DNA of 58,397 nucleotides from contig MERD01000040.1 of NCBI GenBank assembly GCA_001771935.1, positions 48,058 to 106,454 of the forward strand. Reading direction: 5' to 3'. A program made the translations under genes and the position numbers. The notes under the pieces are model-generated. The model saw nothing but the letters and a program-made list of their open reading frames with translations. It ran no database searches and was not told the DNA's origin. Shown here piece after piece: positions 9,149 through 19,690 of the stretch (its first letter is position 1; each line of letters starts with the position of its first letter). Source of the stretch: Betaproteobacteria bacterium RIFCSPLOWO2_02_FULL_67_26. GTDB taxonomy: Bacteria > Pseudomonadota > Gammaproteobacteria > Burkholderiales > SG8-41.

Positions 9149-10594
9149 TCAGTCGTCACGGATCTGCCGGGTGACCGGCTGGAGCTCCAGCCGGTTGCGT
9201 CCTGCGAGCCACCCCGGAAGGATAGCCGAAAACAGCCCGGCCTTGCCGCCGGCGCGCACCACCATCAACCCGTCCTCGTGGAACTTGGGCACCATTTCGT
9301 TCGCGCGGCTCGCCGGGACGCCCTCGCCCACGCCGCCGGCGCCGGCCACCAGTTCCGCCCCGGGCCGGATGGTCGCCTCGTACAGGGCGCGTTCGATGCG
9401 CTTGCGGTTCCAGCCCGCCTCCCGGTAGACCGCGTAGTGCTCCGGCGACAGCACCAGCACCGCGCGCGCGGACTGCACCAGCTTGGGATGCCCGATCTTC
9501 ACGAGCGACATCGCGAGCGAGCGCGTAAGCGCCTCCGGCGTGCGCGACTTCTGGTCCACGAACGCCTCCGGCCCGTGCCCCTGGAACAGCGTCACCGTCG
9601 AGGCTCCGCGCGGGAAGCCGCGCGCGACCGACAGCGGCTCCCACTCCGGGTCGGACTCGTCCTCGGCGAAGCACAGCGTGTACTTGCTCGGCGCGCCGAG
9701 CGTGGAGCGGTCGGCCTCGCCGGGCCGCCCGCCGCCCACGTTGAGCACGATCAGGTTCAGCGCCCGCCCGATGGTCGCGTTCGCGCGGTTGCCCTGCCCC
9801 AGCGCGTTGATGCCGCTGTTCATGCCGATGCGCTTCGCCACCGGTCCGTTGACGATGAGAACAGGGCTCGAAAAATAGGTCGTGGCGAGCACGCCGTGCA
9901 GCGTGAACAGGGGCTCGAGCGCCGCTTCCAGCGCGGCCAGCAGCACCGGCATGTACTCCGGCTTGCAGCCCGCCATCACCGCGTTGATCGCGACCTTCTC
10001 GACGGTGCAGTCGGCGAGGTACGGGGGAATCCTGCCGATCACCTCGTCGGGACGCCGCCTCGTGCCCTTCAACATCGCGAGCACGCGCTCGTCGGTGGGC
10101 GGGGTCACCGGCAGGCCGTCGGTCCAGCCGCGGTCGTAGCAGACCTCCACGGGATCGGCGCTCTCGGGATACTCGACCTTGCGCGCGGCAAGGAGGGCCT
10201 TTCCGCTGTGCTTCGCTTCCAGCCGCTCGGCCACCCCGGGCTCGAGTGAGCGCGAGCCTCAACCCGGCTGAAACGCCGGCAGCCCTTCCCCCAGGTCGCG
10301 GATTCCGGTCAGCCGGCGCCAGCCGTCGCGGTCCCAGCCGACGATGCGCTCGGCCTCGCGGCCGCGTTCGAATCGAACCAGGGTGGGCGTGGCCTCGATG
10401 TTGTTGAGCCACGAATGGTCGAGCTCGCGGTCGTCCAGGAGATGGGCGACGCCGCCCGGGAACTTCGGGTCGTCCTGGGAGACCACCTGGAACGCGGGCA
10501 CCGATCGGGACGCCCGCTGCATCACCGGCTCGATCAGCGTGCAGGTCGGACAGGCGCGCTTGGAGAATACGACGAGTCCGTCGGGGATTAACAT
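9149..10594 (-). CDS. Thioredoxin-fold-fused protein, probable selenoprotein with UGA at 10259-10261
   Basis: CPTC thioredoxin-like N-terminal ORF joins the 361-aa ORF in frame through TGA: FQPG-U-GSRSLEPGVAERL; C-terminal part has WTDGLPVTPPT, AINAVMAGC, GNRANATIGRA. Confidence 0.8.
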
Positions 10595-10640
10595 GGGACG
10601 CGTTGAACCGAAATGTTTTCGACGCGTTATATTAGCTCAA

Positions 10641-10973
10641 ATGATCCGCTTCTATCTGCGTTTATCCGCGGTTGCCGTTGCTTTGCACGCCGCCGGCTGT
10701 GCTGATCTGCGCTGGCACAAGCAAGGTGTCGACGCGGCGGCGCTGGACCGGGACCTCGGCGAATGCCAGCTGCAGGCGCGCGCGCAAGCCCGCCACGAGA
10801 TTGGGGCGTTCGCGCCCGACACGCCGCGCGTGGTGGGCGTGGACGCGCAGGGTCGGCCGCTCGCGGGCGCAGCGAACCGGCTCGGCACGGATCGCATGCT
10901 GCTCGAGCACGATCTCCTGGGAATCTGCATGCGGGGGAAAGGGTACGAGCTCGTGCCCGTCGAGAAGCGGTGA
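10641..10973 (+). CDS. Small lipoprotein, hypothetical
   Basis: Lipobox-like AAGC; W.K.G...D..EC...CM..KGY pattern. Confidence 0.65.
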   Translation: MIRFYLRLSAVAVALHAAGCADLRWHKQGVDAAALDRDLGECQLQARAQARHEIGAFAPDTPRVVGVDAQGRPLAGAANRLGTDRMLLEHDLLGICMRGKGYELVPVEKR

Positions 10974-10976
10974 TGA

Positions 10977-11909
10977 GTGATGAGTGAGGAACCGTTTGCT
11001 TCACGGCGGCGCGCCTTGCGGCTGATCGCGGGATGCGGCACTCTGGCTGCCATGGGTCAACCAGCATCCGCGCAGCCCCCCGCGTTGCTGAAGCGCGCCA
11101 TTCCACGCTCCGGCGAGGCGCTCCCGGCCGTCGGCGTGGGCACGTGGCAGACGTTCGACGTCGGCGCGAAAGCCCCCGAGCGCGCCGAGCTGAAGGAGGT
11201 GCTGCGCCTGCTCGTCGCATCGGGCGGGTCCGTGGTGGACTCCTCCCCGATGTACGGCAAGGCCGAGGGCGTGGCCGGCGACCTCGCTGCCGAGCTCGGC
11301 CTGCGCAAGAAGCTTTTCTTCGCCACCAAGGTCTGGACCAGCGGGCGCGAAGCCGGCGTCCGCCAGATGGAGCAGTCCTTCAAGCTGATGCGCACTCGGC
11401 GCATGGACCTCATGCAGGTGCACAACCTGCAGGACGTCTCCATTCACGCGAAGACGCTGCGCGAGTGGAAGGCCGCGGGCCGTATCCGCTATCTCGGCAT
11501 CACCCATTACCATTCCGGCGCCTATCCCGGGCTCGAGCGCCTGGTGAAGACGCGCGAATGGGACTTCGTGCAGTTCAATTATTCGATGGCGGAACGGGAG
11601 GCCGAGGCGCGCCTGCTGCCGGCGTGCGCCGAATCGGGCACGGCGGTGCTCGTCAACCGCCCGTTCTCGCAGGGGCACCTGTTTCCCAGGGTGAAAGGCA
11701 GGGAACTCCCGGCGTGGGCGGCGGAATTCGATTGCGCGAGCTGGGCGCAGTTTTTCATCAAGTACATCCTCGCGCATCCGGCCGTCACCTGCGCGATACC
11801 CGGCACCCGCCGCGTCTCGCATCTCAGGGACAACCTGCAAGCGGGAGCCGGCCGGCTGCCGGACGCGGCCACGCGGCGGCGGATGGTGGAATACCTGGAG
11901 CAGCTTTGA
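10977..11909 (+). CDS. Aldo/keto reductase with Tat-like signal
   Basis: SRRRAL leader; VGVGTWQTFD, DSSPMYG, FATKVW, DLMQVHNL. Confidence 0.9.
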   Translation: MMSEEPFASRRRALRLIAGCGTLAAMGQPASAQPPALLKRAIPRSGEALPAVGVGTWQTFDVGAKAPERAELKEVLRLLVASGGSVVDSSPMYGKAEGVAGDLAAELGLRKKLFFATKVWTSGREAGVRQMEQSFKLMRTRRMDLMQVHNLQDVSIHAKTLREWKAAGRIRYLGITHYHSGAYPGLERLVKTREWDFVQFNYSMAEREAEARLLPACAESGTAVLVNRPFSQGHLFPRVKGRELPAWAAEFDCASWAQFFIKYILAHPAVTCAIPGTRRVSHLRDNLQAGAGRLPDAATRRRMVEYLEQL

Positions 11910-12826
11910 CGATTGCCTGGTCGATATCCGTAAAGCGCGGCAAGCGAGCGGATTCATCCTGGCGGGCGATCCTGGCGGTGCTTCTGCTCGCCACGCTTCC
12001 GGGCTGCAGCCTGCTGCGGGTGGGCTACGGCCATTTCGACACCTACGCTGCCTGGACCGCGGACCGCTACTTCGATCTCGACCCCGGCCAGCGGCAGGAA
12101 TTCCTCCGGCGCTTCGACCGGCTGCACGCATGGCATCGCTACGAGCAGCTGCCGGACTACGTCGCTTTCCTGGGCGAGACGAGCACCCGGGTGCAAAGGG
12201 GCATCGCGCGCGAGGACGTCGCCTGGGTGACCGGGGGGGCCAAGGCGCGTTACCGCGCCATCGTGCGGCGCATGGCGGATGACGCCGCGGCAATGCTGGT
12301 GACCGTCACGCCGGCGCAGCTCGAGGCGCTGCAGCGGCGCTGGGACTACGACAACCGCCGTTTCATCCGGGAATACCGCCTCGAGGACGGGCTCGACGAG
12401 CAGCGCCAGGCGCGCGCGGAGCGCATGCTTTCGCGCATCCAGGACTGGACCGGCAGCCTGAGCGCCGGGCAGGAGAACCGGATCGCCGCCATGGCGAAGC
12501 AACTGCCCCTGATCCATGCCCTGCGCCACAAGGACCGCCTGCGGCGCCAGCGTGAATTCCTGGAGCTGATGGCGCAGCGCAGAAAATCCCGCGGCTTCGC
12601 CGTCGAGCTGCGCGATTGGCTGCTCAACTGGGAAAAGGGGCGCGACCCCGAGTACGACAGGCTGTTCGACGAATGGGAACGCCAGCAGGCTGACTTCTAC
12701 GTCGCGGTGGACCGTATGCTGACGCCGCAACAGCGGGCGAACGTGCTCGCCCGCCTGCGGACCTACATGGACGATTTCACGCGGCTCGCGCAGCGGCCCA
12801 AGCCGCAGCCCGCCGCTGCTCGTTGA
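11906..12826 (+). CDS. Lipoprotein (DUF6279-like)
   Basis: LPGC lipobox followed by GY...W..DRYFDL...WHR..QLPDY; TTG start overlaps the upstream stop. Confidence 0.65.
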   Translation: MTIAWSISVKRGKRADSSWRAILAVLLLATLPGCSLLRVGYGHFDTYAAWTADRYFDLDPGQRQEFLRRFDRLHAWHRYEQLPDYVAFLGETSTRVQRGIAREDVAWVTGGAKARYRAIVRRMADDAAAMLVTVTPAQLEALQRRWDYDNRRFIREYRLEDGLDEQRQARAERMLSRIQDWTGSLSAGQENRIAAMAKQLPLIHALRHKDRLRRQREFLELMAQRRKSRGFAVELRDWLLNWEKGRDPEYDRLFDEWERQQADFYVAVDRMLTPQQRANVLARLRTYMDDFTRLAQRPKPQPAAAR

Positions 12827-12845
12827 GGGATGAGGATATAGCTCG

Positions 12846-13844
12846 TCACTTCTTCTTCGCGGCCAGCGCGCGGAGCTGGTCGTAGACGGCGCGGTCGACG
12901 GGTATCCCCTCCTTCCGCCGCCGCTTGCGCTCGCGAAACGCCCGTTCCGAGGGGATACGCACCGGTTCGTCCCGGTCGAGCGGCGGCACCGCGCGCACCG
13001 CCTCGATAAGCTTTTTCAGCTGCGCCCTGAATTGCCGCGGCGGCATCAGGATGGCAGGATCGAACACGACGAACAGGAAGGCAAAATCCTGCACGCTGCC
13101 GCGCGCGAGCGCCGCCCCCGCGAGCAGGCACATGGCCTGGATGCCGAAGGCAAGCGCGGAGCCGCGATGGCCGCCAAAAGTGAAGATGCCGCCCTTCAGC
13201 GCCTCGGCGGGATCGGTGGTCGGCAGGCCGTGCGCATCGATCGCCGTGCCTTCGGGCAGGGGCAGCCCGAGCCGCGAGCGCAGAATCACCTCGCCCCGCA
13301 TCATCGCCGCGGTGCCCAGGTCCACGATGAAAGGATCGCCGCCGGTCGGGAACCCGAACCCGATCGGGTTGGTGCCGAACGCGGCCTTCGCCCCGCCATG
13401 CGGCAGCACGACCGGCGCGGCGCTCGCGACGTGTATGCCGACCAGTCCCGCCCGCGCGATCATCTCCAGATAGTACGCATTGCGGCCGCTCAGGTGGCTG
13501 CGGTACAGTCCGACCACCGCAATGCGGTGCTTGCGCGCCTTCCTGATCGCGAGCTGCGCCGCCCGGTGCACGGCGTAGTAGCCGACGTGATTGCCGCCGT
13601 CCACCAGCGCGGACACATCCGTCTCGTGCACCACCTTGATCGGACTGCGCGGCTCGCGCGTGCGCGGGTCCTCGTTGATGGTCAGTATCCGCGGCAGCCC
13701 GGCGAAGCGGTGTCCGCAGAGCGCGGCATCCACGAGGTGCGCGGTGATGACCTTCGACTGGCTTGCGTCGAAGCCGATCGCACGCAGCGCCCGCTCGCCG
13801 AGCCCGGTAGCTTCCGCAACGCTCAATTGGACTTCGTCACGCAT
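12846..13844 (-). CDS. Ldh_2 family (malate/L-lactate/ureidoglycolate-type) dehydrogenase
   Basis: FGTNPIGFGFP, DLGTA, GGHRGSAL, VRIPSER. Confidence 0.85.
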   Translation of the reverse strand: MRDEVQLSVAEATGLGERALRAIGFDASQSKVITAHLVDAALCGHRFAGLPRILTINEDPRTREPRSPIKVVHETDVSALVDGGNHVGYYAVHRAAQLAIRKARKHRIAVVGLYRSHLSGRNAYYLEMIARAGLVGIHVASAAPVVLPHGGAKAAFGTNPIGFGFPTGGDPFIVDLGTAAMMRGEVILRSRLGLPLPEGTAIDAHGLPTTDPAEALKGGIFTFGGHRGSALAFGIQAMCLLAGAALARGSVQDFAFLFVVFDPAILMPPRQFRAQLKKLIEAVRAVPPLDRDEPVRIPSERAFRERKRRRKEGIPVDRAVYDQLRALAAKKK

Positions 13845-13945
13845 CCCGTATCGCCACGCGCCTGTTACCCCCGCATCGAGTATAAGCGAGCAGGGAGGTC
13901 CGCGAACACACTGATAGAATACGGCGTTCCCGGGGATTCATCGCC

Positions 13946-15103
13946 ATGCCGTCGTTTCCACATCCGATCGCGTCCAAGCTGCCCCACGTCGGCACCACGA
14001 TCTTCACCGTGATGTCGAATCTGGCCGAGCAGCACAACGCGATCAACCTGTCGCAGGGCTTCCCCGACTTCGACTGCGCGAAGGCGTTGCGCGACCTGGT
14101 CACGAAGTACATCAACGCGGGGCTCAATCAGTACCCGCCGATGGCCGGCGTGATGCGGCTGCGCGAGCGTATCGCGGAGAAAACGGAGACGCTGTACGGC
14201 GCGAAATACGATCCCGAGCACGAAGTGACGGTCACGCCGGGCGCCACCTACGGCATTTTCACCGCGATTGCGACTATGGTGCGGCCGGGCGACGAAGTCC
14301 TCCTGTTCGAGCCGGCCTACGACTGCTATGCGCCCTCGGTCGAGGTCAACGGCGGCGTCCCGGTGTACGTTCAGCTGAAGTACCCCGACTACGGCATAGA
14401 CTGGAACGCGGTACAGCGCGCGATCACGCCGAAGACGCGCATGGTCCTGCTGAATACGCCCAACAACCCCACGGCGAGCGTGCTCTCCGGGGAGGACATG
14501 CGGATGCTCGAGGGCATTCTGCGCGGCACGGACATCGTGGTGGTGAGCGACGAAGTCTACGAGCACATCGTGTTCGATGGACACCGGCACCAGAGCGTGG
14601 CGCGCTTCCCGGGGCTCGCCGAGCGCAGCTTCGTCGTGTCCTCCTTCGGCAAGACCTATCACGTCACGGGCTGGAAGATGGGCTACGTGCTGGCGCCGCG
14701 GGAGCTGACCGCGGAATTCCGCAAGGTGCACCAGTTCAACGTGTTCGTCACCAACGGCCCGCTCCAGCACGCGCTCGCAGCATACATGGAGAACCAGGAC
14801 GCCTATCTCTCGCTCGCGGCGTTCTACCAGAAGAAGCGCGACTTTTTCCTCCAGGGCGTCCGGGCCTCGCGCTTCAAGCCACTGCCATCGCGCGGCACGT
14901 TTTTCCAGAACCTGGCCTACGACGCGATCAGCGACGAGCCCGACCGGGATCTCGCGATACGGCTCACGAAAGAGCGCCGCGTCGCGGCAATCCCCATATC
15001 GGTCTTTTACCGCGAGCCGCCGCCGCACAAGGTGCTGCGCTTCTGCTTCGCCAAGTCGGAAGAAACGCTCGCGCGCGGCGCGGAAATCCTGTGCAGGATC
15101 TGA
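13946..15103 (+). CDS. PLP-dependent class I aminotransferase (YbdL/methionine aminotransferase-like)
   Basis: SKLPHVGTTIFTVMS, NLSQGFPDF, SDEVYEH, SSFGKTYHVTGWK. Confidence 0.9.
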   Translation: MPSFPHPIASKLPHVGTTIFTVMSNLAEQHNAINLSQGFPDFDCAKALRDLVTKYINAGLNQYPPMAGVMRLRERIAEKTETLYGAKYDPEHEVTVTPGATYGIFTAIATMVRPGDEVLLFEPAYDCYAPSVEVNGGVPVYVQLKYPDYGIDWNAVQRAITPKTRMVLLNTPNNPTASVLSGEDMRMLEGILRGTDIVVVSDEVYEHIVFDGHRHQSVARFPGLAERSFVVSSFGKTYHVTGWKMGYVLAPRELTAEFRKVHQFNVFVTNGPLQHALAAYMENQDAYLSLAAFYQKKRDFFLQGVRASRFKPLPSRGTFFQNLAYDAISDEPDRDLAIRLTKERRVAAIPISVFYREPPPHKVLRFCFAKSEETLARGAEILCRI

Positions 15104-15137
15104 GCAACGGTAATTTTATTGTCAGGGGAGAATCCGA

Positions 15138-15977
15138 GTGAAATTGTGGTACCAGAGCATGTCCCGCCAGAAGGCGTGGGGCGACTACAACAAGACGCTG
15201 CGGCGCATCCTCGATACGGTCAAGGACCCGGACACCGAGATCGAGGTGCACGGCATCACGAAAATCGGCGGAGTCGCGGACCAGTTCCACTACCTCGATT
15301 ATCTCGAAAGCGGCGAGGTGCTCACCAACGTCCAGGTCGCGATGCGCAAGGGGTTCGACGCGTTTCTCATCGGCAATATCGGCGACCCGGGGCTGCACGC
15401 CGCGCGCGAAATCGCGAACATCCCGGTGCTGGCGCTGTGCGAGACGAGCCTGCATCTCGCCTGCATGATGGGGCGCAATTTCTCGCTCGTCACCATCAAC
15501 GAGAAATTCACGCCGCGCATCATCGACAACGTCAACCGCTACGGCCTGGCGGGGCGGCTGGCCGCGGTCAACCGGATGAAGGTGGACCGCATCCTCCATC
15601 TCGATGCGGGTTTTTCCGATCCGAAGGCGCGCAAGGAGATCTTCCGGCAGTTTCTCAAGGCGGCCAACGCCAACGTCGAAGCGGGCGCCGAAGTGATCGT
15701 TCCGGCGGGCGGCGTGGTGATGGCGCTGCTGGCGGACGCGGGCCTGTTCCAGGCGGCGAAGGGCACGCCGATACTGAACGGCATCCCCGCGCTGGTGAAG
15801 ACGGCGGAGGCCGTGGTGAAGCTGAACCGCATCATGGGCGGCGGCTTCCTGAGCAAGCGCCTGTACTACGCGCCGCCCACGCCGGACCAGATCGACGAGA
15901 TCCGCAAGTACTACGGCAACATCTACCCGACCGTTATCAGCCCCAGCCTCAAGCGGAAAGCCGGGGGAAAAAAATGA
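15138..15977 (+). CDS. Asp/Glu/hydantoin racemase family protein
   Basis: GFDAFLIGNIGDPGLHAAREIANIPV; GAEVIVPAGG. Confidence 0.8.
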   Translation: MKLWYQSMSRQKAWGDYNKTLRRILDTVKDPDTEIEVHGITKIGGVADQFHYLDYLESGEVLTNVQVAMRKGFDAFLIGNIGDPGLHAAREIANIPVLALCETSLHLACMMGRNFSLVTINEKFTPRIIDNVNRYGLAGRLAAVNRMKVDRILHLDAGFSDPKARKEIFRQFLKAANANVEAGAEVIVPAGGVVMALLADAGLFQAAKGTPILNGIPALVKTAEAVVKLNRIMGGGFLSKRLYYAPPTPDQIDEIRKYYGNIYPTVISPSLKRKAGGKK

Positions 15978-15981
15978 GAGC

Positions 15982-16980
15982 GTGACGAGTATCGCAGTGT
16001 ATCCTCAACGAGATCGAGGAAATTCAGTGACACGCAACCTCGTCGTTCTCGTAGCGCTGCTTGCAGCGAGCGGCGGTTGGGCCCAGCCCTACCCGGTGAA
16101 GCCGATCCGCTTCGTCGCGCCGTTCGCGCCGGGTGGCGGCACCGACTTTATCGGGCGCGTCGCGGCCCACAGGCTGACCGAGGCCCTGAAACAGCAGGTA
16201 CTCGTGGAAAATCGCCCCGGCGCGGGTGGCACGCTCGGCGCCGGGATCGGCGCCAAGGCAGCGCCTGACGGCTATACGTTCACCGTGATCGCGGGCAGCT
16301 ACGCCGTGAATCCCAGCCTCTACAAGCTGGCCTTCGATCCGGTCAACGACATCACGCCGGTGATCCAGTTCTCGCAGGGGCCGCTGCTCGTCGTGGCCAA
16401 CCCGTCGCTGCCCATCAAGAGCATGAAGGACCTGATCGCGCTGGCCAGGACCAGGCCCGGGGGGCTGAGCTATGCCACCAGCGGCCAGGGCAGCATCGTG
16501 CACCTTTCGACCGAGCTGTTCCTGTTCATGGCGAAGATCAAGGCGGTGCACGTCCCGTACAATGGCACCGGCCCGGCGATCACCGACACCATGGCGGGTC
16601 GGACGCAGTTCCTGTTCGGAAGCATTGCTGCGGTGCTGCCCATCGTCAAGCAGGGGCGGCTGCGCGGGATCGCCGTAACCACGTCAAAGCGCCTCCCTGC
16701 CCTCCCCGACGTTCCCACCCTCGCGGAGTCCGGGGTCAAGGGCTATGACGTAACGTTGTGGCACGGGCTGGTCGGCCCCAAGGGGTTGCCGCGTCCGATC
16801 GTCGACCGCGTGAACGGTGCGCTCAACGAGGCGCTGAAGGCGAAGGACATGGAGGAGAAGCTCGCCACCGATGGCGTGTCCGCGGCTGGTGGCACGCCCG
16901 AGCAGTTCGGCGCTATCATCAAGCGCGACATCGAGGTCTGGCGCAAGGTCGTGAAAATGGCCGGCGTCAAAGCCTTTTAA
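15982..16980 (+). CDS. Bug/TctC substrate-binding protein
   Basis: YPVKPIRFVAPFAPGGGTD, ENRPGAGG, PDVPTLAESG. Confidence 0.9.
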   Translation: MTSIAVYPQRDRGNSVTRNLVVLVALLAASGGWAQPYPVKPIRFVAPFAPGGGTDFIGRVAAHRLTEALKQQVLVENRPGAGGTLGAGIGAKAAPDGYTFTVIAGSYAVNPSLYKLAFDPVNDITPVIQFSQGPLLVVANPSLPIKSMKDLIALARTRPGGLSYATSGQGSIVHLSTELFLFMAKIKAVHVPYNGTGPAITDTMAGRTQFLFGSIAAVLPIVKQGRLRGIAVTTSKRLPALPDVPTLAESGVKGYDVTLWHGLVGPKGLPRPIVDRVNGALNEALKAKDMEEKLATDGVSAAGGTPEQFGAIIKRDIEVWRKVVKMAGVKAF

Positions 16981-16992
16981 TCCGGAGGAAAA

Positions 16993-17700
16993 ATGCCGGT
17001 CCGCTGGGACACAGTACAGGTAAACGGCCAGCCGATGCGCATCTACATGGGCGTGCCGGAAGGCGAGCCGCGGCGCGTGGGCCTCCTGATCGCGCAGCAC
17101 GGCCCGGGGGTGGACGCGTTCATCCAGGACGTGGTGCACCGCCTGTTCCGCGAGGGCTACATCGCCGCCGCGCCGGAGCTCTACCACCGGCAGCCGGCCC
17201 AGGTCCCGGAAGGCACCACCCGAGTCGGCTTGCTGAAGGACGACGAGATCATCGCCGACATGAACGCGACGCTCGCGCACATGAAGGCGCTCAAGGACCC
17301 GGCCGTCGGGCCGGTCGGCATCACCGGGTTCTGCATGGGCGGGCGCGTGTCGTACCTGATGGCGGCGGCGAACAGCGAGATCAAGGCGTGCTCGGTGTTC
17401 TACGGTGGCAACATGTTCAAGCAGTGGGGCAGCCTGCCTTCACCCTTCCAGCGCACCCAGGACATCCACTGCCCGGTGATCGGCTTCTACGGCAACGAGG
17501 ACACCAACCCGAGCCCGGACGATGTAAACAAGATCGACGCCGAGCTGACGCGCCTCGGCAAGCCGCACGAGTTCCACCGCTACAACGGCGCCGCGCACGC
17601 GTTCCAGAACTTCCTCGACGGCTCGCGCTACCGCGAGCGCCCGGCGCGCGGCTCGTGGAGCGAGATGCTGGCGTTCTTTGCCCAGCACCTGAAGCCCTGA
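16993..17700 (+). CDS. Dienelactone hydrolase family protein
   Basis: GFCMGG nucleophile motif, catalytic D and AAHAF. Confidence 0.9.
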   Translation: MPVRWDTVQVNGQPMRIYMGVPEGEPRRVGLLIAQHGPGVDAFIQDVVHRLFREGYIAAAPELYHRQPAQVPEGTTRVGLLKDDEIIADMNATLAHMKALKDPAVGPVGITGFCMGGRVSYLMAAANSEIKACSVFYGGNMFKQWGSLPSPFQRTQDIHCPVIGFYGNEDTNPSPDDVNKIDAELTRLGKPHEFHRYNGAAHAFQNFLDGSRYRERPARGSWSEMLAFFAQHLKP

Positions 17701-17706
17701 CGGGCT

Positions 17707-17798
17707 AGGGATGAGGGCGGAGGGCGGAGGGATGATCTAAAACCGCTTTTCGATTTCTGCTGTTTCCCTCATCCCTCATCCTTCATCCCTCATCCCTC
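17707..17798. repeat. Inverted arrays of heptamer repeats (gggatga/tcatccc) between convergent genes
   Basis: gggatgagggcggagggcggagggatga ... ccctcatccctcatccttcatccctcatccctca. Confidence 0.75.
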
Positions 17799-18573
17799 AG
17801 AGGACTCCGGAGAGTCCGCCGTCGACGTTGATGCAGGTGCCGGTGACGTAGCTCGCCGCGTCGGAGGCGAGGAACGCGATCACGGTCGCGACTTCCTCGG
17901 ACTCGCCCATGCGCCCCATGGGGATGGTCTTCCCGGTCTGCTGGTAGTGCTCATCCACGCTCAGGCCGCGGCGGGTGCCGGCGCGCTCCTGCCCTTTCGA
18001 CTTGATCTTGCCGACCGCGACGGCGTTCACCAGGATGTTGAACGGCGCCAGCTCCTTGGACAGCGCCTTGGTGAGGGCGAGGCCCGCCGCGCGCGTGATC
18101 GTGGTCGGGAAGCCGCCGGCGAACGGCTGCTTGGCGCCCACCATGTTGAGGTTGATGATGCGCCCTCCGCCCTGCTTCTTCATGTGCGGGATCGCGGCGC
18201 GCGCGGTGCGGATCTGCCCGAACACCTTGATGTCCATGTCGTGCTGCCACGCCTTGTCGTCCACCGCGTCGAACGGCGACTGGCCGGAGCCGCCGGCATT
18301 GTTGACCACGGCATCGATGCGGCCGTAGCGCTTGACCGTCTCCTCGATGAAGCGCGGCAGGTCGTCCGGCTTGGCGGCGTCGGCCACCATCGTCATCACC
18401 TCCGCGCCGGTCGCCTTCCGGATCTCCTCCGCCGCGCCTTCCATCACGTCCGCGCGCCGGGCACAGATGGCGAGCTTCGCGCCCTCCTGTCCGAGCCGCA
18501 TCGCCGTCGCGCGCCCGATGCCTTCGCTGGCGCCGGTGATGGCGATTACTTTTCCCTTGAGTCCGAGCTCCAC
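17797..18573 (-). CDS. Short-chain dehydrogenase/reductase
   Basis: TGASEGIG, VNNAG, ASYVTG..INVDGG. Confidence 0.9.
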   Translation of the reverse strand: MELGLKGKVIAITGASEGIGRATAMRLGQEGAKLAICARRADVMEGAAEEIRKATGAEVMTMVADAAKPDDLPRFIEETVKRYGRIDAVVNNAGGSGQSPFDAVDDKAWQHDMDIKVFGQIRTARAAIPHMKKQGGGRIINLNMVGAKQPFAGGFPTTITRAAGLALTKALSKELAPFNILVNAVAVGKIKSKGQERAGTRRGLSVDEHYQQTGKTIPMGRMGESEEVATVIAFLASDAASYVTGTCINVDGGLSGVL

Positions 18574-18692
18574 GGTTATCTCCTGCGATAGTGGGAAGGA
18601 GGCGATTGTGACACAAATGAACCCGGGAGATCGGGAGAGCGGGAGGTGGAGAAAAGCGTGACCCGTAATTATCTCCGGTTACAATTGCAAAC

Positions 18693-19679
18693 ATGGTTAT
18701 TGCTATTCCCGACGACTACCACGGCGTCGTATCCAGGCTCGATTGCCTCGCAAGGCTGTCCGCGCACGACATCCGTATCTTCCAGGACGTTGCGCCCGCC
18801 AATGACCGGCTGCTCGCCAACCTGCGCGAGGCGGAGATCATCGTCCCCATCCGTGAGCGCACCCGCTACACGCGCGAGATCATCGGGCACCTGCCCCGGC
18901 TGAAGCTGTTCAGCCAGACCGGGCGCAGCACGCACCATATAGATATCGCCGCGTGCACGGAACGCGGCATCGCGGTGGCCGCCGGAACCAACGCTTCGCC
19001 GTATACCGTCGCCGAACACACCTGGGCGCTCATCCTCGCCGCATTGCGGCGCATTCCCGATGAGACCGCCCTGATGAAACGCGGCGAACTGCGCCGGTCG
19101 TTCAGCGGGACGCTGCACGGGCGCACGCTCGGCGTATTCGGCCTGGGCAAGATCGGCAAGCTCGTCGCGGCAACGGGCGCGAGCTTCGGCATGCGCGTGC
19201 TCGTGTGGGGACAGGACGCCTCGCAGGCGGCGGCGATGGCCGCGGGCTACGACATCGCGGGGTCCCAGCGCGAGCTGTTCGAGCGCTCGGACGTGCTGGC
19301 CCTGCTGGCGCGTCTCTCCGCCGCCACGCGCGGCATCGTGACCGCCGGCGACCTCGCGCGCATGAAGCCGACGGCGCTGCTCGTCAACACCGCGCGCGCC
19401 GAGCTGGTCGCGCCCGGGGCCCTGGTCGACGCGCTGAAGCAGGGCCGGCCGGGGCTCGCCGCCGTGGACGTGTACGAGAACGAGCCGGTGGTGAACGGCA
19501 GCCATCCCCTGCTCCAGCTCGACGCGGCGCTGTGCACGCCGCACACGGCGTGGCTCGAGCCGGGCACCTACGAGCTCTACTTCGGCGAGGCCTTTGACAA
19601 CATCAAGGCGTTTCTTGCCGGGAAGCCCGTCAATCTGGTGAATCCCGGGGTGCTTTCCAGACTCAATTCACGCCCTTGA
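18693..19679 (+). CDS. D-2-hydroxyacid dehydrogenase family protein
   Basis: GVFGLGKIG, VNTARAELV, DVYENEP, TPHTAW. Confidence 0.9.
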   Translation: MVIAIPDDYHGVVSRLDCLARLSAHDIRIFQDVAPANDRLLANLREAEIIVPIRERTRYTREIIGHLPRLKLFSQTGRSTHHIDIAACTERGIAVAAGTNASPYTVAEHTWALILAALRRIPDETALMKRGELRRSFSGTLHGRTLGVFGLGKIGKLVAATGASFGMRVLVWGQDASQAAAMAAGYDIAGSQRELFERSDVLALLARLSAATRGIVTAGDLARMKPTALLVNTARAELVAPGALVDALKQGRPGLAAVDVYENEPVVNGSHPLLQLDAALCTPHTAWLEPGTYELYFGEAFDNIKAFLAGKPVNLVNPGVLSRLNSRP

Positions 19680-19690
19680 GGCATGCGGAA

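Noticed and set aside
8622-10594. Two pseudogenes with premature stops
   Set aside because: Both stops are TGA in the same U-G-S context with downstream hairpins and intact frames; Sec recoding is more parsimonious
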